Assembly: GCF_009914755.1 (NCBI RefSeq)
Contig: NC_060934.1
Length of the DNA stretch: 64,000 nt
Direction: 5' to 3' (one strand)
Source: the human T2T-CHM13v2.0 reference genome, Homo sapiens
Shown: positions 46,227 through 63,562 of the stretch, piece after piece
Numbering within the stretch: position 1 is the first letter of the stretch
Layout: each line of letters begins with the position of its first letter
Position numbers and translations under genes: made by a program
Notes under the pieces: model-generated
Database searches by the model: none
What the model was told of the DNA's origin: nothing
What the model saw: only the letters and a program-made list of their open reading frames with translations

Positions 46227-46529
46227 TTTTGTTTTGTTTTGTTTTTGAGACAGTCTCACTGGCTCTGTTGCCCAGGGTTTACTGCAGTGGTGTAAACTCA
46301 GTTCACTTCAACCTCTGCCTCCTGGGTTCAAGTGATTCTTGTGTCTCAACCTCTTGGGTACCTGAAACTACAGGGACACACCACCATCCTGGCTAATTTT
46401 TGTTTATTTTGTAGAGACTCGATTTTGCCCCATTGGTCTGGCTGGACTCAAACTCCTGACCTCAAGTAATCTGCCTGCCTTGGCCTCCCAAAGTGCTGGG
46501 ATAACAGGCATGAGCCACTGCACCAGGCC
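46227..46529 (-). mobile_element. Alu (diverged S/J)
   Basis: full dimer; cacatatt TSD. Confidence 0.93.
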
Positions 46530-46692
46530 CACATATTAGTTTTAATAGTCACCTTTTCATAAATTCTTTATAATTTAAAATTATAAAAGCTGTGATTTTT
46601 AAAAAAGTGTTTTTCTTCCTTTTCAAAATTTAGGGCTTTTTTTTTTGGTATTGTTGGATAGGATATCCAAGACCATATTTTTAAGAGGTGGT

Positions 46693-46930
46693 AGGAGTTT
46701 TAGACCAGGCTGGGCAACATAGTGAGGCCCTCTCTCTACGAAATTAAAAAAAAAAAAAAAAAAAGAAAAAGCCAGGTGTGGTGGCATGCACCTGTCGTCC
46801 CAGCTCTCAGGAGGATCACTTGAGCCCAGGAGTTGGAGGCTGCAGGGAGCTATGATGGCCCTACTGCACTTTAGCCTGGGCAACCCAGTGAGACCCTGTC
46901 TCTTAAAAAACAAAAGAAAAGAAGAAAAAC
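46693..46930 (+). mobile_element. AluJ, 5'-truncated
   Basis: ggatcacttgagcccaggagtt.gaggctgcag. Confidence 0.9.
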
Positions 46931-48121
46931 AGAATTGGCATTGCTTCTGATTTTAGAGGAAAGCCACCTTTCTCCATGGAGCATATTAGCTGTACATTTT
47001 TTATGTAGTATCCTTTATCAGTATGAGGAAGTTTCCTTCCATTCTCAATATCCTAAGAGATTTTATCATCATTGAACATGACATTTTGTCAAATCACCTT
47101 TTGAATCTATACAGAAAATTATGTTTTTTTGTTTTGTTTTGTTTTTTGTTTTTTTCTTTTTTACTTTTATATCTAGCTGTGGGTATTACACTAACCAATT
47201 TTCAAATCTTGGCCCAGGCCTACAGTCTTAGAATTAACCCTACTTGGTCAGAATCTATTATCCCTTCTATATATTGCTAGATTTTAGCTAATCATAGTTT
47301 GTTGAAATTTTTGCAAATATTATTTCTGAAAGGCATTGTTCTATAATTGTCTTTTTAAAGTTTGTTGCTTACAATTATATTCACTCATAGTATGTATTAT
47401 GTGCATATATAAAGGTGTATATGAAACATTTGTATAATTGTTTTGTATTTTCTATCACTATAATTTCAGCTTCATAGCACTAGGGATAATTGGTTAATTG
47501 CTTTGTTTACTACCTGGGTCATAGTTGGAGCTCAGTAAATACTTCTGAAATAAATGAATGAGAAAGGTAAAGGGAATTCCCACAGATATGAGTATACAGA
47601 AGGTCTAAAGGGTAGCTCATCCAGACTGGGTCTGGAGCCCTAAACTGAAGCAATATATTCCAGAACACATACAAGTGAACAATTACATCATTGAATTGAT
47701 TATATTTAGAGGAGTTCTGTAACTCAGTTATACAATTACGTTAAATAAAAATAGGAAATAATTAAATTCAAGACAAATAATAGTTGTATGAGAACTTAAA
47801 TATAACATACTATATGACTTAATTGCAATATTTATATAGTTATAGTAATATGAACAATGGATATACATTTAAACAAAAATTATAACAACTCTTGGATTGT
47901 TGAGGGGAGAATACATCTTGGGGAAAGAAATAGCATAAGACCTATATCCTTATCTCTCATAGGGCAAAGGTAAAATTGAAAAATCAAAAATTAGCGTTAT
48001 AAATATTTAGACACATGCAGAAAATATCAGAAAAATAGAAAGGTGTTAAAAATGATTTTATCCAAAGTGTACCATAGAGTTAGTGTAGGATGAGACATAG
48101 GCCTCTTGAAATAATATTTAA

Positions 48122-48416
48122 TTTTTTTTTTTTTGCAAATGGAGTTTCACTCTGTCACCCAGGCTGGAGTGTAGTGGTGCAATCTCGGCTCACTGCAACC
48201 TCCACCTCCCAGTTCAAGTGATTCTCCTGCCTTAGCCTCCCGAGTAGCTGGGATTACAGGTGCTCATTATCACGCCTGGCTAATTTTTGTATTTTTAGTA
48301 GAGATGGGGTTTCACCATGTTGGCCAGGATGGTTTCAAACTCCTGAACTCAAGTGATCCACCTGCCTCGGCCTCCCTAAGTGCTGGGATTACAGGTGTGA
48401 GCCACAGTGCCCAGCC
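48122..48416 (-). mobile_element. AluSx/Sz
   Basis: full dimer. Confidence 0.95.
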
Positions 48417-48873
48417 AGTATTCAATTTTTTAAACTCCGTTTATGTATTACTTTAATAAAAATTTAAATTAAAGGTAAATTTAACTGGATAAGAGAGCTT
48501 ATGTATAACAAATACGTAAGACTGGTGTAGTTTTTAAAAGCTCAGCAGGTTTCTCAAGACTACAAGATTACTAATCAGCTCATATATTTTTCGCTATCAT
48601 TATATTCCTCATAGATAATCTTTGTGAAGATAATTACATAAATATGGATGTTCATGTGAATGAAAGTTCCCTGGCCATGCTTATTCTCAAGTGAATTTTA
48701 AAGATGAAAAGTCTTCGAAAGTGTGAATTTACACTTTTGGAGAAAAAATAATTGATTGATGAAATTTCAGTAGACAAAGCAGAAAAATAAAAGTTGCTCT
48801 CATTTTTTTTTTCCAGAATGTTTCCTCCTTGCATTTCAGCAAACGCTAAATACAAAAAAAAAAAAAAATAAGG

Positions 48874-49308
<435 letters not shown>

Positions 49309-50289
49309 TCATTAAGTTTCTCACACGTGTATACTTGTATATGTGCTATTCTTCACTTTACATTGTCCTTGAATCCATAGGCAAGACATAACAGTGTTTT
49401 TCTAAAAATTATGAAGGTCAATTAACCAAGAAGCTTTGACAGTTTTCACACTGTTTTGTGTGTATAACTCAGGCTTTAACTTGGAAACTGAAAAACTGAA
49501 ATTTTCTCTTGGTTAGATTTTCACTAGATATACAAGAACGCACATTTATCAATTCAAAACAATTTGTGACTGGTCTGTTTCTCTCTCACCCTGAATAGTG
49601 CAAAACCAATAGAACTAAATGAAATACAGTTCTTTACTGCTCTCTTAGCATAAATTATTGTTTGCGCTGGGAAATTGTTTAAGCGGCTATTTGTGAGGGG
49701 ACTTTAAGTTTGGCATCTTTATTGTCTTTCCAAAGAAAGTTCATTTAAATATGTGCATACATTAGCTACTTTTTTAATGTTTTCAATGACTTAGTCTGCA
49801 TATATAAATACACATTACTGTTTTTTAAATGCCTTAGTAATTTAGACTGCATGCATAGTACAATGAAGTACTAATGTAGAAATCCATTTTCTTGTGATAC
49901 ATAGAACATTTTAATATTCTAGAAATTATACTGTATAATCTTGCTGCAGTATGCAGCTCAGATTTCAATTCCTATTGATGCTATAGCCTGTTTCAGATAA
50001 ATTAAAATTTTCAGTGTAATAGTTTACATGATAAATGTTCACATTAAAAATCTGATGGTTGATATAAAGCCCAGTAGCATAATTACTATAGGCTGCTTTC
50101 TGCAAGCTATAACAAACCTACTTAGTTTATTTCCTGAAGTTCTATGCAAATTTTTGAAACAGTTTTGTGATTTTATTTAGTATCACATCTTATTTCATAA
50201 GTGATTTGAAGTATCACTTAAATGACATGCGTATAGTTTCGCCCATGTGCACACACACATATACATACACATGCATATATACTGAAGGT

Positions 50290-50628
50290 TTATGGAATCA
50301 AGATTCAAGCAACTCAGTGTCCTGGGCAGCCCTTTTCAGTTTTCACTCTTCAGGATCCACAATGGTGGTATGCACCTTCCAGGTAGCAAGGTGGATGAAG
50401 AAATAAAGAAACTGGCCAACAGGTGCATGCCAGCTGTCCTTTAAGAAAAGTATCTGGAGATCATCACAGGACCTGGGGGATTATATGATATTAGCCAGAA
50501 ACTAGTAGTGTGATCACACTACATTTTTCTGGGAAATGGATTTCATTCTGGGCAGTCATGTAACCATCTAAGAACTGTAAATCAGAAGCAAAGGACAGAT
50601 ATAGGGGGCAAACATTAGTCCCTACCAC
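50290..50628 (-). mobile_element. MLT1J/K-like LTR
   Basis: 'attagccagaaactagt..tgatcacac', 'ctgggaaatg..tctgggcagtcatgt', ends ctaccac. Confidence 0.6.
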
Positions 50629-51494
50629 GTGCAATGATAATACATTGTGAAAGAATGGTCACAAAGTGAAATGGGCCATGGGATGCTATGGCCCTGCACT
50701 TTTTCTAGATATAGACTGAAAATAAAAGCTTTTTATTGACCGGAGGGAAAAGAAAAAATTATGATGAGATTGAACTCTCATCACCATAACCAATAACCAG
50801 GTCAGTAGAAACACAACTTATTCTAGTTGAGAATCTGATAAAATTTTCTTTTGATATACTTTCAATATTCCCCAAAGTAGGTACAATAGGTAATTTTAAT
50901 ATTTCATTTTTTAAAATAATGTTTCTCAATACATGCCAAGGTGAAATTCACTAATTGCAACAATAGAGGAATGCAAAGTTAGACAGCTAATGTATACCCA
51001 GATATAAGATAGTGTAGCTTGATCTAGTGTTGTGTTTATTATAGAGAAAGGGTTTTTCTCTGGTGGTGAGAAAGAGTTGGGAGAAAACTTTAATTATAGA
51101 ACAATATATTGGGCTTTAAGGTAATAGATCTTAATCTTGTTGATATACCAAAATCACCTGCAAGGCCCTGGATAAGGACACACATCCTCACCATACTGTC
51201 ACCCGCCATGCTCTCCTACTAAGTTGGAAGGTATGACCTTATAATCTGTATTTTTCTAAAGATACACTGATTATTTTGATACATAACTGGTTGAGAACCA
51301 TTGTTATAAGATGTGAGAGTAATTGGTTCCTTGTTATAAGGAGAGAGACCAATTACTTCCTTGAAAGCCACACGCTAACAAAACTCAACCACGATGAAAT
51401 TAAAACAATAACAAAAACAGACTAGTTAATCCTGTAAACTAGAAGGAACTTGAATTTACAATTAAAAAGTTTCCAAAAAGAAAACTCTCCAGGC

Positions 51495-51834
<340 letters not shown>

Positions 51835-52196
51835 TCACTATTTAAAGAAGATCTTTCTTCCTTTCCTTGCCCTCAGCGTCTTCAAATTATAACTGTCTCA
51901 TATTTCATTTCCTCAGATTTCTACCTTTATTTAATCTGGGCTTATGAATCTGTGGTTAATAAGATGGTTAAGTTGTGTTGCACTTGAGTTCCTGCTTCTC
52001 TGAGGAGCCTCTTAAGAACCAATTACATGTGTAGGGGCAAAATGCTGTTAAGGTGGGACAGACAGGAGGGGGAGGTCTCCAGACATCAAAAATTGCTTCC
52101 CTCACAGTAGCTGGGTAGATGTATTTTGATACTGTGTACCATTTGAACAAACAATGGAGGAAAAAATGTTTGAAAGTCAAGGAGTTGATACATTCA

Positions 52197-52496
<300 letters not shown>

Positions 52497-53057
52497 GTTG
52501 ATACATTATTCTAGTTCACCTTAATATCCAAGCAAGGAACTCCCTCTTTTGTAAAAAGACTGTTGCACTAAGTTGATTTATTGGGAAAAACTATACAGGA
52601 ATAGCAAGGAGGACTCTTTTATTTTTCAAATTATATTAAGTAAAAGGAGAATGATTAAGGTAAAATAAACACTATGTGGTACAATTCTTAGAACAGGATT
52701 CTATTCCATTCAAAATAGTCAATGCAAACTATAACATATTATTACCACATATCATGCTGAGGCATAAATAAAACTATGCATAACTGTTGGGCTCAAAACT
52801 GATGTTCAAGCACCTTAATTCCATTGCTAGATAATTTGTTGGTTAACTTTTGCAAAGTGGAGAGAATAGTAACATCACTTCAAAAATGAAAAGATGGGTT
52901 GTTATTTTGTTGTGTTTTTAAAAAAGGAAAGGAATAATGCATGGGTTATTTTTATATATTAAGTAAAAAATAATATAACATTTTATTACTAAAGAAACTA
53001 ACATTTTCTTACTAAAATACATTTCATGCCCTTAAGCTATTGGTAATATGCAAAGTT

Positions 53058-53285
53058 ATTGAGAATGGATTCTGGAACTAAATTATCTAGATTCAGATCT
53101 CAGGTCTGCTCCCTATTCAATTGTGTAACATTGAGGAGGATGTTTTATTCTCTGCTTGTTAGTTTTTTCATCTGTAAAATGAGGTTATTAAACAGAACTA
53201 CTTCATAAGATTGTTGTGAAGATTGAATAAGATACATAAAATTCTTATAAGCATGACTAACAACTGAAAAGTATAAGTCTCAGTC
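53058..53285 (+). mobile_element. MIR
   Basis: 'tttttcatctgtaaaatgagg...cataagattgttgtgaagattgaat'. Confidence 0.75.
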
Positions 53286-54254
53286 ATAATTATTTTTTTT
53301 TTCATTTTTGATACAAATCCTATAACCATTAATGAATTAAGAACAAATTTGTTACAATGAACATACACATTAAAGGAAAATATCAGGTGTAAAACGAGGT
53401 GATTTCAGGAATTAATAGATTATTATTTCTGAGTATTTTGTTTGCATTGCCAGTATTCTATAAGCAAATTAATAAACCTAAACTTTATAAATAATGAAAT
53501 ATAATTTCCTTTCAGTGGATTTTAAAATACTCTATGCACAAAGCTTTGCCCAGTTCTATGAAATACCAATGATAATTGCCAGCAATAAAATCCCAATCCC
53601 TTTCATTCACAATTTTCACCATTTTTGTCAATCAAGAATTCTGTGATTAAAGTAAGCTGGACGCACAGATTTTAAAACATAATTGGATTAATTGACATTT
53701 TTCTGTCCCTACTTTATTAGAAACATTATGCATTTAGCTTTTCAAATATATACAGTTTTTTTACTCTAAACTTGACACTTCTAGAGGGCCAGTATTAGAT
53801 TTTATGCTATATGAAAGCTACCTCTCTGTCTTGAACTAGAACCATACCAAAGCTTAAACAATATGTATTCAATTAATGAAGAAGGGAATTCGTTTTGCAT
53901 TTCCAAAAGCATTATTGAAAATAAATTCTCCACTGTAATTTATCACATGCACTTGTGATGATAATGATGAAATGAAATCCATGGTAGAAGTGGATTTGGT
54001 TGAATGAATATGTTGTCAAAACCCCTTCTATACCACTGTATCAACAAATATTTTCCAGATTCAGTCAGCATCTTTTTGGTGGCCATGGAAAGAAGTATTA
54101 ATCTGCACCAGCAAAGTCTTAAGACATGCATAGTTGAAAGAACACAGGGCCTGTGATCAATCAGTATATGGTCTACCTCTTGATCTGATGTGTGCCAGAT
54201 ATTTCAGAAGACAAATATTTTTTGTTTATGTCTTTTTCTGATTTAAAAATATCT

Positions 54255-55950
<1,696 letters not shown>

Positions 55951-56565
55951 TGAATGACCCTTTATTACTGCAAAATGGTCCTCTGTGTTCTTGGAAGTAT
56001 TCCATACCATGAGTTCCGCTTATTCTCTCTATTCTGGTGGAATTCCAACACCTATTGGCCCTAAGTGATTTGTATGAATTATTCCCCTCAGCTGTTCAGT
56101 AGTTCTTTTGTTTCATTTTTTGCTTACGTTCTTATTTCTTTTAAAAGTGTTTGGAATTTTACTTTACACACTTTTTCTCTCTTAAGTAAAATCCCAATTT
56201 ACTGTTTCTCTTAATTCCCAATTTTCTCTTCCTCTTACATTTTTATATAGTCTTTACCATAGAAGTTTAATGTCCATACATAATATTATAAGGTTTAAAG
56301 TAATTTAATATATTTATCGTCCTTTTGAACATTATATAGAATTTAAAAATGTTTTAATCATTTCCTCTCTATCCATTTACTTGTGGTTCGTTGTTATGCC
56401 ACATTTTGATACATTACATAAAAATTTGGCATTATTGTTGTCATCGTTTTTAATATTTACCGTCAAGTGTACTGCTTTCTTTACTGGAAATTTTTTGTAA
56501 CATCTTAGGTTTTTCTTCTAGGATCACTTGATTTCTTTCTAAAGAACGTTCTGTAGCAATTTCTT

Positions 56566-57045
56566 TTCTTTTTTTTTTATACTTTAGGTTTTAGGGTACA
56601 TGTGCACAATGTGCAGGTTAGTTACATATGTACACATGTGCCATGCTGGTGGGCTGCACCCACTAAATCGTCATCTAGCATTAGGTATATCTCCCAATGC
56701 TATCCCTCCCCCCTCCCCCCACCCCACCACAGTCCCCAGAGTGTGATATTCCCCTTCTTGTGTCCATGTGATCTCATTGTTCAATTCCCACCTGTGAGTG
56801 AGAATATGCGGTGTTTGGTTTTTTGTTCTTGCAATAGTTTACTGAGAATGATGATTTCCAATTTCATCCATGTCCCTACAAAGGACATGAACTCATCAAT
56901 TTTTATGGCTGCATAGTATTCCATGGTGTATATGTGCCACATTTTCTTAATCCAGTCTATCATTGTTGGACATTTGGGTTGGTTCCAAGTCTTTGCTATT
57001 GTGAATAATGCCGCAATAAACATACGTGTGCATGTGTCTTTATAG
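56566..57045 (-). mobile_element. L1PA2-like young 5'-truncated L1 (480 bp)
   Basis: near-consensus 3' UTR (gtgtgatattcccc, gtgatctcatt, gaatatgcgg); ORF 56781..57071 gives the ORF2 C-terminus TRMFIAALFTIAKTWNQPKCP. Confidence 0.93.
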
Positions 57046-57198
57046 TTCTTAATAGAGTCTTTTGGTGACAAAGTCTTTCACAAGATCTGCTGAAGGCACG
57101 TTAGCCAAATGTCTTGTCTCTAAATAGCTCTCCTTTCAGATATATCATGTATTGCATTCTCTATTATTTTCATTATAACCTCATTGAAAAATGGGTTA

Positions 57199-57707
<509 letters not shown>

Positions 57708-58624
57708 TCAAAACGTTACTCCAGTCTATACCCTTAATGTCAAGAATGTGTCTGTTCTCTTAAACGCTGCCTGGCTTTAACAATTAAGGATTGTTTTAAT
57801 AATATAAGAGTCTCAGACTTCATTGTGCTAAGAAATTCCAAAACTCTAGATCATCCTCACCGTATGTTGTTTTGATGTCTTTTCCTGAATACCTGTAAAA
57901 ATAAATAGAATTTTGACATTCACAACAGGCCTGATCTACTTGTAGTGTAGTGTGATGCATGGGATGACATCTGATATTATTTGATAGATGGAAGCGTGTG
58001 TGTGTGTGTATGTGTGAGTGTGTGTGTGTGCATGTGTGTCTTAGAGAAATGGAGAGAAATGGACATAGTAAAAGGAACGTTGGCATAAAAGTTAGAATAT
58101 CTGAATGGTTTTATTCTTTGCTTATCTGCTATTATGTAATCACAAACTAGAAGGCATAGTTGTGTCAGTTAATTTTAGTAACTCTGTGATTTTTATAATA
58201 GAAGTTTTATTTTTCATGTTTGAGTTTATGTAATATAGGACTGTAGAAGTAAATACTTGGGATTTACACCTGCTGTTTAATTCAGATAAAGGTCTTGATC
58301 CGGGCTTTCTTCTTTATGTACTTTGTTCTTTCCATTAATTTTCCTGGTCTGCTCTGGGAGTCATTATAAATATATGGAACCCTCAACCTCCACTCATCAG
58401 AAGGCTCACTGAGTAGGAGCTGTTAGTATACTAGAATGTTTAACAACATAGATACTTAAGTGATAAAATTATTTCAGGTAGAAGATTTTCATCCTGTACC
58501 ACTCCTGCTACTCAGTGTTTCTGCAAATGTTAAAAGGATGTATACTCTTTCTTTAGTAGATTCTTATAACCTTCAGTACCAAAATTCTTTATATGACTTA
58601 CTACAATTTATTAAATGTTTTATG

Positions 58625-58747
58625 CAAATTATTAATATCAGAAATGAAGTAGGGAACACCACTACAGATACCATGGACATTAAAAGGATAATAAAAGAAT
58701 AGTATGAACAACTCTATGTTCACAGTTTACTAATCTAGATGAAATGT
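58625..58747 (+). mobile_element. L1M ORF2 fragment
   Basis: translates INIRNEVGNTTTDTMDIKRIIKE, L1 ORF2 linker region. Confidence 0.75.
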
Positions 58748-59210
58748 TTGTTATATAGGTAACTTGCATATCATGGGGGTTTGGTGTACTGATTATTTTG
58801 TCACCCAGGTAATCAACATAGTACCTGATAGGTAGCTTTTTGATCTGCAGTCCTCTCCCATCCTCCACCCTCAAGTAAGCCCGGGTGTCTGTTGTTCCTT
58901 TCTTAGTGTCCGTATGTCCTCAAAGTTTCGCTCCCATTGATAAGTGAGAACATACGGTATTGGCTTTCTGTTCCTGTGTTATTTTACTTAGGATAATGGC
59001 CTCCAGCTCCACCCATGTTTCTGCAAATGATATAATCTCATTCTATTTTATAGTTGCATAGAATTCTCTGGTAAATACATACCACATTTTCCTTATCCAG
59101 TCTACAGTTATGGGCATATGGGTCATTCCATGTCTTTGCTATTCTGGATAGTGCTGTGATGATCATGAATGTGTATGTGTCTTTATGGTAGAATGATTTA
59201 TATTCCTTTG
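58748..59210 (-). mobile_element. L1PA13-15-like 3' region lacking its poly-A end
   Basis: 'gggtttggtgtactgattattttgtcacccaggta', 'ccaccctcaagta'. Confidence 0.85.
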
Positions 59211-59728
59211 ATAACTTTTTGATAATGAATATGAATTGAGAGTTACTAAGTACATACCTTATATGGTTCATGCTGCTTAGTCTATTACATGTTAACTAAT
59301 TTTAATCCTTGTAACTCTGAAAGGTAGACAAGTGTTATTATTATTTCCATTACTTAGGTAAATCATATTTACATGTGATGATCAAAATATCTCTTCCAAT
59401 AACAAAAACTTTATGGGCTGCCTATTTTAAGTCTGTTTCTTATTCAGTATTAAATAGATACTAGATGCTAAGCCCTGGGTCTGCAGCAAAATGGAAATAG
59501 TACATTCTCCAGGACTTTGAGAGAGGCAGATAATTTAAGCAAGGAATTAAAGTGCGGTGAGTGCTATGATATGGGAAGTGTGAGGTGTTATGGAAATGTA
59601 TAGCATTTAAGTTTGTAGAACCTAACTTAGACCAAATGGTAAAAGAAGGGAATCCTAAGAAAAAAGACTTAAGGTCTGAATGATAATTCTGGTATTGGAA
59701 GATAAGTATTCCAGGTAAGAGAGAGCAT

Positions 59729-61585
59729 GGTGTGAGATGATATTGTGGTTTGCATTTGCATTCCTCTGATGATTCGTGATGTTGAGCATCCTTTCATATA
59801 TACATATATTGTCCACTTGTATGTCTTCTTTGGAGAAATGTCTTCTGCCAATTTTTAAATCAGGTTACCTGAGTTTTGTCCTATAGAGTTGTAAGAGTTT
59901 ATATATATATGTTAAAAAACATAATACATATCTTATATATAATATATGTATTATATATGTATTATATAAATATATATTATAGTATATATAATATAATTAC
60001 TATATAATATATATTATATAGTATATAATATAATATTTACTATATATTATATATTATATAGTATATATAATATATTTACCATATATTATATATTATATAG
60101 TATATATAATATAATATATACTATATATTATATAGTGTATGTAATATAATATTTACTATATATTATATATTATATAGTGTATATAATATATTTACTATAT
60201 ATTATATATTATATAGTGTATATAATATAATATTTACTATATATTATATAATATATAGTATATATAATATAATATTTACTATAATATAATATATAGTATA
60301 TATAATATAATATTTACTATATATTATATAATATATAGTATAGATAAAATTATACTATATAATATATATAATTTCATTTATTCTTTTTATATTTGAATGC
60401 TTCATTTTTTTCTTTTTCTTGCCTAATTGCTCAGGCTAGGACTACTAGTACTAGTTTGAATAGAAGTGCCAAGACTGGGCATTAATTCTTTGCTCCTTAT
60501 GCTAGAGAAAGAACTGAAAATTTTTTACTGTTGAGTGTGATGTTTTATTTGAGCTTTTTATATATGACCTTTATTATGTTGATGTAAATTCCTTCTATGT
60601 ATAGTTTAAGAGATTTTATTATGAAATGGTGTTGAATTTTGTCAAATGCTTTTTCTGCATCTATTGAAATGATCATAAGATTTTTATTCTTCATTCTGTT
60701 AATGTGGGGTATCACATTATTAATTTGCTGATGTTAAACTATTCTTGCATGTCAGGTGTAATCTTATGTGGTAATGATGTATGATCCTCTTAAAGTGCTG
60801 TTGAATTTGGTTTTCCATTATTTTGTTGAGGATTTTTGCATCCATATTTATTAGGGATATTGGCTGTAGTTTTCTCCTTTTGTAGTGTTTGTGCATGGCT
60901 TTGGTATTGAGGTAATAAAATGAATTAGGAAATGTTCTCTTCAATTTTTTGGAAGAGTTTGAGAAGGATTAATGGCAATTCTTCTCTGAATATTTAGTAG
61001 AATTCACCCTTGAAGCCATCTGGTTCTGGGCTTTCCTTTAATGGGAGGGTTGTTACCATTTCAATCTCATTACTCATTATTGATCTGTTCAGATTTTCTG
61101 TTTCTTATGATTCAGTCTTAGTAGGCTGTAGGAATTTCTAGGAATGTATCCATTTATCCAAGTTATTCAATTCTTGGTGTATAATTGTTCATAGAAGTCT
61201 CAATGATCCTTTATGTGTCTATGGAATCAGTTGTATTAACTCCTCCTTTAATTTCTAAGTTTATTTATCTGAGTCTTCTTTATTCTTTGTTCATCTAGCT
61301 AAGTGTCTGTCAGTTTTATCTTTTCAAAAAATGAACCATGTATTTTATTGACATTCTCTATGGTTTATTCTCTATATTATTTATTTATGTTCTAATCTTT
61401 ATAATTATTTTTGTTCTGCTAACTTCGGCCTTAGTTCTTTTTCTTCTAGTTTTCTGTCAAATAAAGTTAGGATGTTTATTTAAGATCTTTCTTTTTTAAC
61501 GTAGGCATTTATCACTATACACTTCCCTGTTAGTACTGCTTTTGCTGCATCTCACAAGTTTTGCTCTGTTGTGTTTTCATTTCAT
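59729..61585 (-). mobile_element. L1MA-type ORF2 interrupted by an AT-rich minisatellite
   Basis: ORF 60720..60944 contains PISLINMDAKILNKI (L1 RT region). Confidence 0.85.
59900..60371. repeat. AT-rich degenerate minisatellite
   Basis: repeats of tatattatatag(t/tg)tatataatataatatttact. Confidence 0.92.
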
Positions 61586-62267
61586 AAAATATTAATAATT
61601 AACCAAAAAAATTTTGTCATAGACAGAGTCCATGGTTGAAGCTTATTTTCAATGGCTTCATAATACAAAGTCCACCTAATTAGGCAACCTCAAACAGTTC
61701 AGGAACAGCATAACACTCAAAATTGCCAGAAGCCTTCATAATACGTTTCCTCTCCAGTGGCTTCAATGTGGCATTCCATTCATCTTCATCTTCTACTCTC
61801 TTCCCTCTTGACCATCTATTGTCTAAAATGTGAGACTTATCCAGGAGGTACAAGCTTCTATATGAGGTTGTATCACCAGCCGTTTCCAGCTCCCAGAAAA
61901 CCTTATAATAAATACCTGAACTTCATCCCCTACCTCTGACCCACATCAACCCTCATCTACCAGGTAACTTGCCTCCAGAGGTTCATGTGGCAGGGTGGGG
62001 CTACCACCTTTGAAGTAAAGCAAGGAGTGATGTTATCAGCTCCTCTACCTGGAAGAAGGAGAAGACAAGAAAAAAAAAAATGTCAGATCCTGTAGTGTCA
62101 GAGAAAAAAATGTGAAGCTGATATCCCAAGCTGGATTTCTAAACAACTTTTTCTATTGAAATATTGTTACCCATGACAGTTAAATTCTGTTGTAATATTG
62201 GAGTAGTATAATAATTATGCCTTCAATATACATTCTAAATAACCTCATTCCAAAGCACTTTATTTCC

Positions 62268-62398
62268 CTCATTCATGTATTTGACTAATATTTACTAATC
62301 ACATAGTAAGGACCAGGCACTGTTGTAGGCACTGGTGAGATAGATATATATACACACACAAATACATATACATATACACACACACACACACACACACA
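62268..62398 (-). mobile_element. L2 3' terminus followed by a (TA)/(CA)n tract
   Basis: 'ccaggcactgttgtaggcactgg'. Confidence 0.6.
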
Positions 62399-63142
62399 AT
62401 ACTCTTTTAAATTAGCTTAACTTCTCTAGGATTTTGCTCTTTTTTTCTCTTTTGAGCTAAGGAAACTAAAATGTATCAAATGTTGGTATGATCCAAGTCA
62501 TGTTACTAATAAATATTAGCACTAGAGGTCAAACTCAGGTCTTCAAAAGCATTGCTTTTTCTCATGTTTTGTAAACAAATCTCTATGGTTGGCATTGCAT
62601 TGTAGAAAAATTGCTTCTAAAAGTCCAAATTATAGACAAATAAATATGCATTTTAGAGAAAAATCTGTTGTAGTGTCAGTTATTAGTTATATATGCATAG
62701 CCGTGCTTCTAAGGAGGTATCTTACATATCGTGGCTTCTGAAAAATATTAGAGTGGACGGATGCTAATGGAATGTATTTCCAAATGCCACATAATACATG
62801 ATCTCTTAGCTCCTTAAAGATTTTGTTTCAGGATGAAAAAATAGAAGGCCTCACATTGGCTCTCAGATATAATTTACATCCTTGAACACAGTTTACAAGG
62901 AATGTTGCATTTGGGGAGATGGAGGGATACTTTCCTAGATCAATAAAGTGATGCTTTTTTTTTTTTTTAGCATTTGTGAATAATCATAGTCATGAATAAG
63001 CCTCTATAGGTTAGAGCTCTGGAGCAGAGTGGGAGAGAGAGAGATGGGGTTCAGGTACCTCAAATTCCTAAGAACAATATGTTCCTTTATAGATTAAAAT
63101 GAATCCACTCTTACTGCTTTTTGACCTCACTGAATGTGTTAG

Positions 63143-63514
<372 letters not shown>

Positions 63515-63562
63515 TGAAGAGACCACCACGATGGTATTGCAAGGCGATCAAACATTTAGTGA

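Larger units (their letters stand above)
45496..47350 (-). mobile_element. Old L1M ORF2 continuing, split by two Alus
   Basis: 'cctatccatgggcatgatatatctc', 'cctttatcagtatgaggaagtttccttc'. Confidence 0.7.
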
